A DNA stretch of 63,348 nucleotides, counting the filler. It is 3 parts of 3 records of this genome, joined end to end, with 100 filler letters (N's around TTAATTAATTAA, not from the genome) between each part and the next. Parts side by side here need not be neighbours in the genome. Positions count along the whole stretch, not along the records: positions 1 to 26,275 come from SRR20825006_548; 2 more parts are not named here. One strand, given 5' to 3'. The notes under the pieces were generated by a model. That model saw only the letters and a list, made by a program, of their open reading frames with translations, searched no databases and was not told where the DNA came from. Within the stretch, counting starts at the first letter, position 1. The number at the start of each line of letters is the position of its first letter. Of this stretch, positions 9,587-18,796 are shown in pieces. A program made the translations under genes and the position numbers.

Positions 9587-9744
9587 ATGTAACAAGGTTG
9601 GACAAAGAGCCAAAAACGTCACGGATCAGGCCGGAAAAGCGTTTTTGGGTCGGCGAACGCCAGCAGGCAGAGAAAAAACAGGACAAAACAAGGAGGAAAG
9701 AGAGAGGGAAAGAGAGAAAAAGGGCCGCCAGCCAGGCGTTAGCG

Positions 9745-10287
9745 TTACCGAGGGTAACCCGTAAAGGCTTCCGCACTTTTACCTTCCAGCACATATCCTG
9801 CCGTACCGTATTCGGTATCTTGCGATGAGACGGTCAAGGTGCCCTCCAGCCACATTGCATCCAGTGCCAGATCCAGCGGCACGCCGCGCCCTGCCATCTT
9901 CACCAGCACAATCTGGTTACGCGGCGGTGGCGGGGTGTGGATGCACGCACCAAAATACGGAACCAGCAGGAATTCCCGGACATACTCTTCATCGCCGTCC
10001 AGTGGCACGCCGTAACCCGCCATACGCACCTCGGTATTATCCAGAGACTGCTTCAGCGGCGCTTCCCGCCAGGCCTTGTCGATGGCATCCATCAGCTTCT
10101 CGCCACGGCTATCGCCATCGGCAATCCCATCCGGGGCCTGCTGCTCCCCATAGATTTCATCGAACAGGGAGCTGTATATCGCCGACGGATCATAATCCTG
10201 CGGCACCAGAGCATCCCACTCAATTTCATTGGCCGCCATGGAAGGCAGGCTGCAGGCAAAACAAAGTAAAGCAATCAAAAAGCGCAT
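9745..10287 (-). CDS. DUF3299 protein (ZrgD / PA4066-like)
   Basis: EFLLVPYFGACIHTPPPPRNQIV signature; signal peptide. Confidence 0.88.
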   Translation of the reverse strand: MRFLIALLCFACSLPSMAANEIEWDALVPQDYDPSAIYSSLFDEIYGEQQAPDGIADGDSRGEKLMDAIDKAWREAPLKQSLDNTEVRMAGYGVPLDGDEEYVREFLLVPYFGACIHTPPPPRNQIVLVKMAGRGVPLDLALDAMWLEGTLTVSSQDTEYGTAGYVLEGKSAEAFTGYPR

Positions 10288-10289
10288 GG

Positions 10290-11528
10290 TCAGTTCCTGG
10301 GTGTCAGGCCATCGGCCAGGCTATTACGGAAGGCCTTTTCGGCCGGAATCAACCCTGCCAGGGAGCCCGCCGCGAGAATAGCACCAATAGCCGGCAACTC
10401 CCGCAACGCAAGAAAGTTGTCGGGAAGCCGCAGCGACCATTCAGCCAAAGCCATTGGCGCCAATCCCCATTGCCCTGCAAACAATACCCCCAGACCCAAC
10501 ATACAGCCCAGCATAGTGAGACACAGGCTTTCACCGACAATGACCGTATACACGGCCAATCGCCCCGCCCCTGTGGCTCGTAGAACCGCCATTTCATGAC
10601 GGCGCCCTTCCAGGGCCGCCAGCACGGTGGACACAAGCACCAACAAGGCCACCGCCAGAACCGCCAGCGAGGTTGCCCGCAAGGCATTCTCTCCAGCAGC
10701 AGTCATCCGCCACAACCGCTGCAACTGTACCCCGGGAATAATGGCGGTAAGCGGCTCTCTGTCATAACGGGACAGCTCCCGCTGCAGGCTCAACACCGCC
10801 ATACGTCGCTCAAGCCCCAACATGACCGCATTCACCGAATCCGGCTTGTCCAGTGCCTGCCCCGGCATGGGAGGCATGCCGGACAGGTAGGCGCCACCGC
10901 GGTGGATCAGGGCCATGCCTTGCAGCGAAATATGCACGCTCTGATCCACCGGCGTCCCCGTGGGCGCCAGAATCCCCACCACCGTAAATGGGTGGTTATC
11001 ATGCTCCACAATAGCCGGGCCGCTGGCGCCATGGGCCAGCACAATGCGCTCACCTTGCTGGTAGCCAAGCCGTGCGGCCACGGCACTGCCGAGTACGGCC
11101 TGATCGGCGCCGGCAAACCAGCGCCCGCTTTGCAGGCTCAAACCCTGATCCCGCCCGTAACGGTAGTGCGTCAAGTAGCTGTCGTTAGTCGCCACCACCG
11201 GATAACCGCGATGGGAATCGCCCAACGCAATAGGAATCCACCACTTCACATCCGGGTGGTCGGCCAGATATTCCACCGTGTTCCAGCGAATACCCGCCGT
11301 GGGGTCGCTGAGGCGGAACACGCTATAGAGCAAGATATTCATTGGCCCACCACGGGCACTAACGATCAGGTCGGTGCCCGAAATGGTGCTGGAAAAATTG
11401 GCGCGGACCTGATGACGCACCCGATCCACACCGATGATCATCAGCACGCTCATGGCAATGGCAACCACGATCAGCAGCGCCGATGTGCGCCGGGTTTTCA
11501 GGGAGGCAAGCATCACTTTAGCAAGCAT
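10290..11528 (-). CDS. MacB/FtsX-type ABC permease (ZrgC / PA4065-like)
   Basis: FSSTISGTDLIVSARG, IPIALGDSHRGY, RRHEMAVLRATGA motifs; start taken at MLAKV. Confidence 0.87.
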   Translation of the reverse strand: MLAKVMLASLKTRRTSALLIVVAIAMSVLMIIGVDRVRHQVRANFSSTISGTDLIVSARGGPMNILLYSVFRLSDPTAGIRWNTVEYLADHPDVKWWIPIALGDSHRGYPVVATNDSYLTHYRYGRDQGLSLQSGRWFAGADQAVLGSAVAARLGYQQGERIVLAHGASGPAIVEHDNHPFTVVGILAPTGTPVDQSVHISLQGMALIHRGGAYLSGMPPMPGQALDKPDSVNAVMLGLERRMAVLSLQRELSRYDREPLTAIIPGVQLQRLWRMTAAGENALRATSLAVLAVALLVLVSTVLAALEGRRHEMAVLRATGAGRLAVYTVIVGESLCLTMLGCMLGLGVLFAGQWGLAPMALAEWSLRLPDNFLALRELPAIGAILAAGSLAGLIPAEKAFRNSLADGLTPRN

Positions 11529-12225
11529 GACTGCCCTCCCCGGCCAGGCTGGCGAAATCCACACTGCGCTGGAAATGGTGACCCACCTGTCCGTCATGAC
11601 TCACCATCAGCAAGGCACTGCCGGACTGTTCGCACAGTTCACAAAGCAACGTCAGCAAGGTATCGCGGCTGCGGCTATCCAGCGCGGAGGTGGGTTCATC
11701 GGCAATGATCAGAGCCGGCTTGCCGAACAAGGCCCGGGCGGCCGCCACCCGTTGTTGCTGCCCAAAAGACAGTTGCCAGGCCGGCAAGTCAATGGGGCCG
11801 TCATCCAGCCCCAGCCGTGAAAGCAAGCCACGGGCGGCAGCCTGTCTCTGCTCCTTGCGACGCCCTGCTTCGCGCTCACAGCGCAGACGGGAGAAGCTGG
11901 CCGCAAGACAAACGTTGTCCACGGCGCTCAGGTAGGGCAGCAAATTGAACGCCTGAAAGATAACGCCCATATGATCGGCGCGAAAAGCGTCCCGGCGACG
12001 CTGGGAAAGAGTAGAAAAAGGCTGGCCGGCAACCTGAACACGCCCGCTCTGCATCGGGCGGATGCCGGTAATCAGTGACAGCAGAGTGCTTTTGCCACAG
12101 CCGCTGGGACCATGAAGCAGCACCCGCTCCCCTGCCTGCAGGGCAAACTCCGGCACCTGCAAGAAGGAACGAACCTGGCCGGGATGACGGTATTCCAGGT
12201 CGTTGATTTCCAGTACCGGGCTCAC
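11518..12225 (-). CDS. ABC ATP-binding protein (ZrgB / PA4064-like)
   Basis: GPSGCGKST, LSFGQQQRVAAARAL, ADEPTSALD; GTG start after GGAG. Confidence 0.9.
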   Translation of the reverse strand: MSPVLEINDLEYRHPGQVRSFLQVPEFALQAGERVLLHGPSGCGKSTLLSLITGIRPMQSGRVQVAGQPFSTLSQRRRDAFRADHMGVIFQAFNLLPYLSAVDNVCLAASFSRLRCEREAGRRKEQRQAAARGLLSRLGLDDGPIDLPAWQLSFGQQQRVAAARALFGKPALIIADEPTSALDSRSRDTLLTLLCELCEQSGSALLMVSHDGQVGHHFQRSVDFASLAGEGSHAC

Positions 12226-12232
12226 TGCGGCA

Positions 12233-12781
12233 TTACTCCAGCGGTATGCGGGTTTCACCCGGCGCCAGACGCAAGGCACTCTGGGCGGCAGGCAACAGCA
12301 ACACCACCTCTGTAGTCAGGCTAGAGAAAGTGTCCAGAAACGGTAAATCCACGGCGTTTAATTTTTCAGGAAAAGCGCAGGAAAATAACCACTCGTTGTC
12401 CACATCTTCGTGGTGACTGTGCGCGTCGTGATCATGATCGTGATGATCATGGGAATCATGCGCTTGCTGCTCCGGGAACAAGGAGTCCACAGAGCTGATG
12501 GAAGCACTGACCGGTTCACACTGTGCGGCCGGCGAAGGCTGTGGCGCGGCCACCTGCGCCAGACGCTTGCCATAACGGGCCCGGGCAGGCGCGTCCGCTG
12601 GCGGCTGCTCAGTGCCGAGGATATCCATCAAGGGCGCCCGGAAACGGATTGTCACCTGCTCTCCCTCCACCACCACGGCCGCCTCGGCCAGGCCATGCTG
12701 GTGCACGCCTGCTGCGGTCGTAGACAGACTGACCGACAGCAGCAAGCAGGCCAGACTGTTACGTTGCCAACGAGTTGTCAT
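12233..12781 (-). CDS. DUF2796 periplasmic zinc-binding protein (ZrgA / PA4063-like)
   Basis: Signal peptide, HQHG motif, His/Asp-rich tract HDSHDHHDHDHDAHSHHED, paired Cys. Confidence 0.85.
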   Translation of the reverse strand: MTTRWQRNSLACLLLSVSLSTTAAGVHQHGLAEAAVVVEGEQVTIRFRAPLMDILGTEQPPADAPARARYGKRLAQVAAPQPSPAAQCEPVSASISSVDSLFPEQQAHDSHDHHDHDHDAHSHHEDVDNEWLFSCAFPEKLNAVDLPFLDTFSSLTTEVVLLLPAAQSALRLAPGETRIPLE

Positions 12782-13163
12782 GATTTACCTCACAGTCTTT
12801 ACAGCCCCGGATGTTACCGACATGGGTAGCCACCAGAGCGATTCCGATCAGCGTTGTCAGTAACGGCTCCCAGAGAGTGCCGTGCATAGCACTTTCAAAG
12901 ACAGTTAGCAGACACAGACCCGACAAGGCGAACACGCCGGGGAGCAACACCGAAAGCCGGCGATGTCGACGGTAGCCCATGCCAATGGCAAGCAAGCTGA
13001 CCGGCACAATGATGGCGAGCATGACCAGATGAAAAACCTCTTCGACACTGCCAAAAGCCGATAACAACCCGATGGCAAAAAGCCCCGCCAGGCTGGCGAC
13101 ACAATGAATCATGCAGAGGCTGGACAGGCCGATGGCCACCGCGTCCAGACGAAAACGTTGCAT
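12759..13163 (-). CDS. MerC-domain membrane protein
   Basis: LDAVAIGLSSLCMIHC motif, GYRRHRR loop, four TM helices, C-terminal H..N and CKDC. Confidence 0.82.
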   Translation of the reverse strand: MQRFRLDAVAIGLSSLCMIHCVASLAGLFAIGLLSAFGSVEEVFHLVMLAIIVPVSLLAIGMGYRRHRRLSVLLPGVFALSGLCLLTVFESAMHGTLWEPLLTTLIGIALVATHVGNIRGCKDCEVNHDNSLAT

Positions 13164-13191
13164 TACCGTCTCCCGAAAAACGATTATTTGT

Positions 13192-13656
13192 TTACGACGC
13201 CGCGCAATCCACGCAACGACCATGCACTTCCAGCAGGGGCTCGCGCTGAATAACAAAACCCACTTCATCGAGGGTTTGCTGCAATTCGTCCACAGCGGCT
13301 CCCGCCATGGGCGTTTCCTGAACGCCGCCGCACTGGTCACACAGCAGGAACACCGTTCCCCTGTGACCGTGTTGGCAAGTTATATGATCACAGGCCAGAT
13401 ACTGGTTGGTGGAACTGAGTCGATGGGCCAGCCCTTGCTGAACCAGAAAATCCAGCGCTCGATACATAGTGGGTGGCTGCGCATTGCTCTGATAACGAGC
13501 CTTGAACTGATCCAGTAGCTGATAGGCCGTTTGCGGACCACCCTGCTCCAGCATCAACGACATGACCTGCTTGCGCTGGGGCGTCATCCGCACGCCCTGC
13601 TTGCGACATTGCTGTTCAGCGCTGTTAAGAATCTGCTCGGTACGACTCACTGCCAT
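13192..13656 (-). CDS. zur: Zinc uptake regulator, Fur family
   Basis: RMTPQR, AYQLLD, PPTMYRALDFL, CDQC and CVDC structural-zinc motifs. Confidence 0.88.
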   Translation of the reverse strand: MAVSRTEQILNSAEQQCRKQGVRMTPQRKQVMSLMLEQGGPQTAYQLLDQFKARYQSNAQPPTMYRALDFLVQQGLAHRLSSTNQYLACDHITCQHGHRGTVFLLCDQCGGVQETPMAGAAVDELQQTLDEVGFVIQREPLLEVHGRCVDCAAS

Positions 13657-13665
13657 GTTTTCAGC

Positions 13666-14286
13666 CTAGATATCCAGAGTGACCAACAACCGTTGCTGGC
13701 CGGGAGACATGGGCGGGGACCGGTGGACCACGCCCGCTCCCGGATTATCCCGCCATGTCTCTCCTTTGAACAGGGCCACCTGTCCTGCCTCCAGCTGCTC
13801 CACGTTTTGCTGCTGGTAAAGCGCACTCTGCTCACAGCCGGGCACTAAAAGCTGATCCGACACACGTGGGGCGGGCAACCACTGGCTGCCCGCCCCGCCA
13901 TAGGTGCACAGCATGCGAACCGGAATCCGGTCCACGTGGAAGCGTGGGCACATCGGCTTGCGCAACGCCGTCACCCGCAACCCGAGGCCGTCAACCCCGA
14001 ACAGACAGGAAACCATATCGGCTAACAGGAACAGGTCCTCTCTCAAGGGGGCATAGGTTTCGTGCGGCAGAGATCGCAGCAGGGTCGCTTCCAGCTGAGC
14101 AATGTCCAACCAGCTTTTCACCGCCAGCCGTTGCTCGCAGGCCAGTGCCACCACATCCTGCCCTACCGGGCTGGGCCGGTCCCACACGGCTACCTGCACA
14201 TCATCCTCGAAGATATCCGCGAGGACCGTCACGTCCGGTGCGCCTTGCCAGCCTGGTGGCGAGGCGGTGACAGTTTGAGCCTGCAT
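13666..14286 (-). CDS. DUF1826 protein
   Basis: MCPRFHVD, RMLCTYGGAGSQWL, VALFKGE, VHRSP, RLLVTLD motifs; translationally coupled to the upstream GTPase. Confidence 0.88.
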   Translation of the reverse strand: MQAQTVTASPPGWQGAPDVTVLADIFEDDVQVAVWDRPSPVGQDVVALACEQRLAVKSWLDIAQLEATLLRSLPHETYAPLREDLFLLADMVSCLFGVDGLGLRVTALRKPMCPRFHVDRIPVRMLCTYGGAGSQWLPAPRVSDQLLVPGCEQSALYQQQNVEQLEAGQVALFKGETWRDNPGAGVVHRSPPMSPGQQRLLVTLDI

Positions 14287-15515
14287 CACCCTGCCACCTC
14301 CCACTGCGGGAACGGATCGTCCAGCTGCTCCCACAGCGCCTTGCCCTGAAGCATTTCCGCTTCCGTCAGCAAACAGGCGTCCAGTGCCTTGCGGGTTTCC
14401 TCTGGCTGCAGGTTATGGCCGATAAACACCAATTCCTGGCGCATGTCGCCAAAAGGTTCTTGCCATTTCTCCATGATCAGCGCGCGGTATTCTTCATCAC
14501 TGGGCCAGTGTTGCTCCGGCACGGTTTTCCAGAACATGCCGGCCGGGCCATGGTGAACAATGTCACCGGCCTGGCTCCAGCTACCCGCAAAATGCGGCCG
14601 GCTGGCCAGCCAGAAAAAGCCCTTGGAGCGCAGCAATATTCCCAGCGGCCAGGGCTGCTGCAGGAAGCTCCAGAACCGCTGCGGATGGAACGGCCGACGC
14701 GCCTCATAGGTGAAACTGCTAATGCCGTACTCCTCGGTTTCAGGCAAATGCTCGCCACCGCCACGCATTTCCTTTAACCACCCCGGCGCCTGCTGGGCTT
14801 TTTCAAAATCAAAGCGCCCTGTATTGAGCACCGCTTCCAGCGGCACCATGCCATGGCGAATGGGCAAAATCCGGGCATCCGGGTTCAACAACCGCAAGGT
14901 TGCCTGCAAAACTTCCAGTTCCTTTTCTGTGACCAAATCCGTCTTGCTGATCAACAACACATCGCAGAATTCCACTTGCTCCACCAACAGGTCCACCACA
15001 TTACGATGATCTTCATCACCAAGGTTTTCCTGCTCCTGCTGAAGCGTACGGGTGCTACGATAATCCCGCAGGAAATTAACCGCATCGACCACCGTAACCA
15101 TGGTGTCCAACCGGGCAACGGAGGACAGCCCTTCCCCGTTTTCATCTTCAAACGTAAAGGTCTCTGCCACCGGCAAGGGTTCAGAAATTCCGGTGGACTC
15201 AATTACCAGATAGTCGAAAGAGCCTTCCCGAGCCAGGCGGTTCACTTCCACCAACAGGTCCTCTCGCAATGTGCAGCAGATGCAACCATTGCTCATTTCC
15301 ACCAGTTTCTCTTCCGAGCGGTTCAGTGAAACGTTCTGATTAACCAGTGCGGCATCAATGTTAATTTCGCTCATGTCGTTGACGATAACCGCAACGCGCA
15401 GGCCGCTTCGATTGTTGAGAATATGGTTGAGGACAGTGGTCTTCCCCGCGCCGAGAAACCCTGACAACACGGTAACCGGAAGCTGGCGAATTGGGCTGGC
15501 TTGCTGACTTGTCAT
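14286..15515 (-). CDS. zigA: COG0523 / CobW-family zinc metallochaperone GTPase
   Basis: [47 protein letters not shown]. Confidence 0.92.
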   Translation of the reverse strand: MTSQQASPIRQLPVTVLSGFLGAGKTTVLNHILNNRSGLRVAVIVNDMSEINIDAALVNQNVSLNRSEEKLVEMSNGCICCTLREDLLVEVNRLAREGSFDYLVIESTGISEPLPVAETFTFEDENGEGLSSVARLDTMVTVVDAVNFLRDYRSTRTLQQEQENLGDEDHRNVVDLLVEQVEFCDVLLISKTDLVTEKELEVLQATLRLLNPDARILPIRHGMVPLEAVLNTGRFDFEKAQQAPGWLKEMRGGGEHLPETEEYGISSFTYEARRPFHPQRFWSFLQQPWPLGILLRSKGFFWLASRPHFAGSWSQAGDIVHHGPAGMFWKTVPEQHWPSDEEYRALIMEKWQEPFGDMRQELVFIGHNLQPEETRKALDACLLTEAEMLQGKALWEQLDDPFPQWEVAG

Positions 15516-15519
15516 GTTT

Positions 15520-15942
15520 CTATCCAGTTCGTTGATGAGCATAGTGGCGTTCATTCTGTTCAAGGCGCGCCTTCACCTCGGCACAATATTCTGTAGTAGG
15601 ACGGGCCAGCAGCCGCGGCAAGCCAATGGGTTCACCGCTGATTTTGCAGTAACCGTAATCCCCGCTTTCCAGCCGCCTCAGGGCAGCACGAATTTTCCCC
15701 AACAAGGCTTGTTCGCGGGCCATAAAGCGTAGCTGATGGCGGCAGCTCTCCTCCTCGACAGCGGCGTCCAATGGGTCAGCCTGGGCCGGTGTCTGCAGAT
15801 TATTTCTGGCGCTGCCGATGTGTTGTTCGCAATCGTGAGCCAGGACAGCAAGGCGTTTGCGGAAAAACGCCCGCTGGCTGGCGTTCATGTATTGCGACGG
15901 CTTCATCGCCAACAGCGTTTTCTCACTGATGATACGAGGCAT
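15520..15942 (-). CDS. dksA2: Zinc-independent DksA paralog
   Basis: YMNASQ start motif, coiled-coil tip ADPLDAA; C-terminal [28 protein letters not shown] keeps only two of the four zinc-finger Cys. Confidence 0.87.
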   Translation of the reverse strand: MPRIISEKTLLAMKPSQYMNASQRAFFRKRLAVLAHDCEQHIGSARNNLQTPAQADPLDAAVEEESCRHQLRFMAREQALLGKIRAALRRLESGDYGYCKISGEPIGLPRLLARPTTEYCAEVKARLEQNERHYAHQRTG

Positions 15943-15959
15943 GATGCCCTCCTTGTTTT

Positions 15960-15977
15960 GTTATGTTATAACATAAC
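15960..15977. promoter_or_regulatory. Zur box shared by two divergent operons
   Basis: Perfect palindrome GTTATGTTA-TAACATAAC containing the ATGTTATAACAT core, in a ~70-bp divergent gap. Confidence 0.9.
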
Positions 15978-16011
15978 CCATCCCATCAACAACCTTTGCG
16001 GAGAAGTACCC

Positions 16012-16236
16012 ATGCACTTTCCCCTGCCCGACTCCTATACCGAGTGGCGACACTGCATCACCGAGATATGTGGGATTCCTCTTGGTGAGACCTTTATCCG
16101 CGAAAGACTGACCGCCCTGGACAACGACAATGACCACATGACCCGCAAGTTCATCGAGCTTTACGGCCGCAAACACTGGAAACAAACAAAGGAGTGGTTT
16201 AACCGGGCACTGGATGAGCAAGGAGATAAAGGATGA
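16012..16236 (+). CDS. Small hypothetical protein (74 aa), first gene of the Zur-controlled plus-strand operon
   Basis: GGAG RBS, ATG at 16012, stop overlaps the next start (ATGA); WRHCITEICGIPL motif. Confidence 0.72.
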   Translation: MHFPLPDSYTEWRHCITEICGIPLGETFIRERLTALDNDNDHMTRKFIELYGRKHWKQTKEWFNRALDEQGDKG

Positions 16237-16793
16237 TCCGAAGAAACCCTAATGGTGACCTGCCGGCCATCCATTCGGACGCCTTTGTCGACCCTACCGC
16301 CATCATCTGCGGCAAAGTCATCGTTGACCGCCATGTCTTTATCGGCCCCTATGCCGTCATTCGAGCCGACGAGACAGATGATCATGGCAATCTTCACCCC
16401 ATCCAGATTGGCGAAGGCACCAACATTCAGGATGGTGTGGTTATGCACTCCAAGGACGGAGGGCCTATCTCCATAGGAAAACACAGCTCCATTGCCCATC
16501 GCGCCATTGTGCACGGCCCCTGCCAGGTCGGAGACAGGGTTTTCGTGGGATTCAACAGTGTACTGTTCAACTGCACCATCGGTGATGGTTGCGCCATTCG
16601 ACACAATGCAGTTATCGACGGAATGACCCTGCCCGCGAACTTCTATATCCCGTCCACCAGCCGCATTGGCCCTGACACAGACATCAGCCGCATTCCCCGG
16701 GTCAGCCAGGACATCACCGCGTTTTCAGAAAGCGTGTCCGACACCAATCAACAACTCGTTCAGGGCTATAAAAGGATTCAGAATGAACTATGA
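16233..16793 (+). CDS. Gamma-class carbonic anhydrase (Cam-like, PA5540-like)
   Basis: Hexapeptide repeats; IRADE, NIQDGVVMH, IAHRAIVHGPC His ligands. Confidence 0.88.
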   Translation: MIRRNPNGDLPAIHSDAFVDPTAIICGKVIVDRHVFIGPYAVIRADETDDHGNLHPIQIGEGTNIQDGVVMHSKDGGPISIGKHSSIAHRAIVHGPCQVGDRVFVGFNSVLFNCTIGDGCAIRHNAVIDGMTLPANFYIPSTSRIGPDTDISRIPRVSQDITAFSESVSDTNQQLVQGYKRIQNEL

Positions 16794-18138
16794 AGATAGC
16801 CCAAGCCTGTTAATTAAAGGGGCGACGGTCCTGTTACCTGGTGGCCCTGAAGAAACGGATGTGGCATGTCGCGACGGGCGTATTGTTGCCATTGGCGAGC
16901 CCTTCAAGGCCGACACCACCCTCCACGCCCGTGGGCTGCATCTCCTGCCCGGCGCCGTGGATTCCCAGGTCCACTTCCGTGAGCCCGGCATGACCCACAA
17001 GGAAACGCTGGAGGCGGGCACTCGCGGGGCAGTGCTCGGCGGCATCACCAGTGTTTTCGAAATGCCGAACACGCAGCCCTTGACGCTCCGTGCCGAGGAC
17101 CTGCAGACCAAGATCGCTATTGCCGAACGGGATGCCTGGTGTAATTACGCGTTCTATATCGGCGGATCCGCCGCCAATGCCGAGCAACTGGCAGAGCTGG
17201 AATGCTTGCCCGCCTGTAGTGGTGTAAAAATCTTCATGGGCAGTTCATTCGGCGATTTGCTCGCCGACAGCGACAACGTGTTGCGTAACATACTCCGTCA
17301 TGGCCGCCGGCGGGTGGCCATTCATGCTGAAGATGAAGCCCGCCTGCGGGCCCGTCGTCACCTTGCCGAAACCGCCGCCAATCCAATTGCCCACCCTGTC
17401 TGGCGAGATGAGGACAGCGCCCTGTTGGCCACCAGGCGCATTGTGGCACTGGCAGCGGAAGCGGGTCGCCCGTTGCATGTATTGCATATCTCTACCGCCG
17501 AAGAAATGGCATTTCTGCAGCAGCATAAATCCCGGGTTTCGGTAGAGGTGTTACCCCAGCATCTCACCCTATCGGCACCGGAATGCTACGAACGATTGGG
17601 CACGCTGGCACAGATGAACCCTCCGATTCGAGACCAGCGCCACCAGGATGCGCTCTGGAAGGCCGTGAGAAACGGTATCGTGGATGTGATCGGCAGTGAC
17701 CACGCCCCGCATACCCGGGAAGAGAAACAGCGACCGTATCCGGATTCCCCCAGCGGCATGACCGGCACCCAGACGCTGTTGCCCTTGATGCTCAATCACG
17801 TTAATCAGGGGCGACTCAGCCTGTCTCGGTTAGTGGACATGGTGTGCGCAGGGCCCGCCCGACTGTTCGGCATGGCGGGCAAGGGCCGCATTGCTGTGGG
17901 CTACGATGCAGACCTGACGCTGGTGGACATGCAACGTAAACAAAGGGTGGATGACCGCAAACTGGCATCGCCTTCAGGCTGGAGCGCCTACGACGGCATG
18001 ATGCTGCAGGGCTGGCCTTCGGCAACCATCATTGGCGGCCAGATTGTCATGACCGATGAGGAAGCCATCGGCATGCCCAGCGGAAAACCGATCAACTTTC
18101 TCTCAAGCACTCAGCCTGCGGAACCGAACAGTGTCTGA
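16783..18138 (+). CDS. pyrC: Dihydroorotase, Zur-regulated paralog (PyrC2-like)
   Basis: LLPGAVDSQVHFREPG, EMPNT, HAEDE, HVLHIST, MNPPIR, GSDHAPH motifs. Confidence 0.88.
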   Translation: MNYEDSPSLLIKGATVLLPGGPEETDVACRDGRIVAIGEPFKADTTLHARGLHLLPGAVDSQVHFREPGMTHKETLEAGTRGAVLGGITSVFEMPNTQPLTLRAEDLQTKIAIAERDAWCNYAFYIGGSAANAEQLAELECLPACSGVKIFMGSSFGDLLADSDNVLRNILRHGRRRVAIHAEDEARLRARRHLAETAANPIAHPVWRDEDSALLATRRIVALAAEAGRPLHVLHISTAEEMAFLQQHKSRVSVEVLPQHLTLSAPECYERLGTLAQMNPPIRDQRHQDALWKAVRNGIVDVIGSDHAPHTREEKQRPYPDSPSGMTGTQTLLPLMLNHVNQGRLSLSRLVDMVCAGPARLFGMAGKGRIAVGYDADLTLVDMQRKQRVDDRKLASPSGWSAYDGMMLQGWPSATIIGGQIVMTDEEAIGMPSGKPINFLSSTQPAEPNSV

Positions 18139-18162
18139 GGCAAAGAGAGCAAAAAGAGCCAC

Positions 18163-18762
18163 TCACGGAGATTCAGCCAACAGCTCATCAAAGTGACGAA
18201 TGACCCGGTCGGCAAGGTGGCCATGGGTATTGAGACCATCCGTGTCGAGATAAACCCCGACCATGCCCGCATTGCGCGCTGCCATCAGGTCATACTTAAA
18301 ATCTCCCACGTAGGCAATGCTTGCCGGAGCCATACCCCATTCCCTGGCAATCGCCAGCAGACCATCCGGAGCGGGCTTTGGCGGGGCATCTTCCCGTGCC
18401 AGCACTCGCTGCACAGGAATACTCAGCCGGGATACGGTGAGCTCGGCAATAACACGGGCATTGCGGGTAAGAATAGCCGCAGGAATGCCCATCACCGACA
18501 GTTTTTCAAGACAGGATTGTGCGCCCGGTATCCAGGTGGCCCGTTCCGCCCCGGCGCGCTCATACTCCAGTACAACGGCGTGGGCCGCCGCCTGTTCACT
18601 GGCCGGCAAGGTATCGATAAATTCCAGCACCCCCACATCTGGTGGGCAATTCAGACGCGCACGGATAGCCGCAAAATCCAGGCGGGAATCCACCAGGGTG
18701 CCATCCAGGTCGAAGATGATGCCGTCAAAGCCCGGCAGGTTACCGGTCGTCGGCACGCTCAC
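18163..18762 (-). CDS. HAD-superfamily hydrolase (phosphoglycolate phosphatase-like)
   Basis: FDLDGTL motif I, KPAPDG, YVGDFKYD. Confidence 0.9.
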   Translation of the reverse strand: MSVPTTGNLPGFDGIIFDLDGTLVDSRLDFAAIRARLNCPPDVGVLEFIDTLPASEQAAAHAVVLEYERAGAERATWIPGAQSCLEKLSVMGIPAAILTRNARVIAELTVSRLSIPVQRVLAREDAPPKPAPDGLLAIAREWGMAPASIAYVGDFKYDLMAARNAGMVGVYLDTDGLNTHGHLADRVIRHFDELLAESP

Positions 18763-18796
18763 CCCGTCACCCCAACCGCCAGCAACAACGAAGCTA

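Noticed and set aside
9669-9721. Purine-rich tract with a few GGA motifs as a possible Rsm/Csr-type sRNA
   Set aside because: GGAs are not in regular hairpin loops and there is no terminator; more simply a pyrimidine-rich minus-strand tract (possible Rho loading region) after the Zur operon. Not supportable.
12410-12460. Short repeated GATCAT/CATGAT units
   Set aside because: Codons of the His/Asp-rich metal-binding linker in DUF2796, not a DNA-level repeat element.
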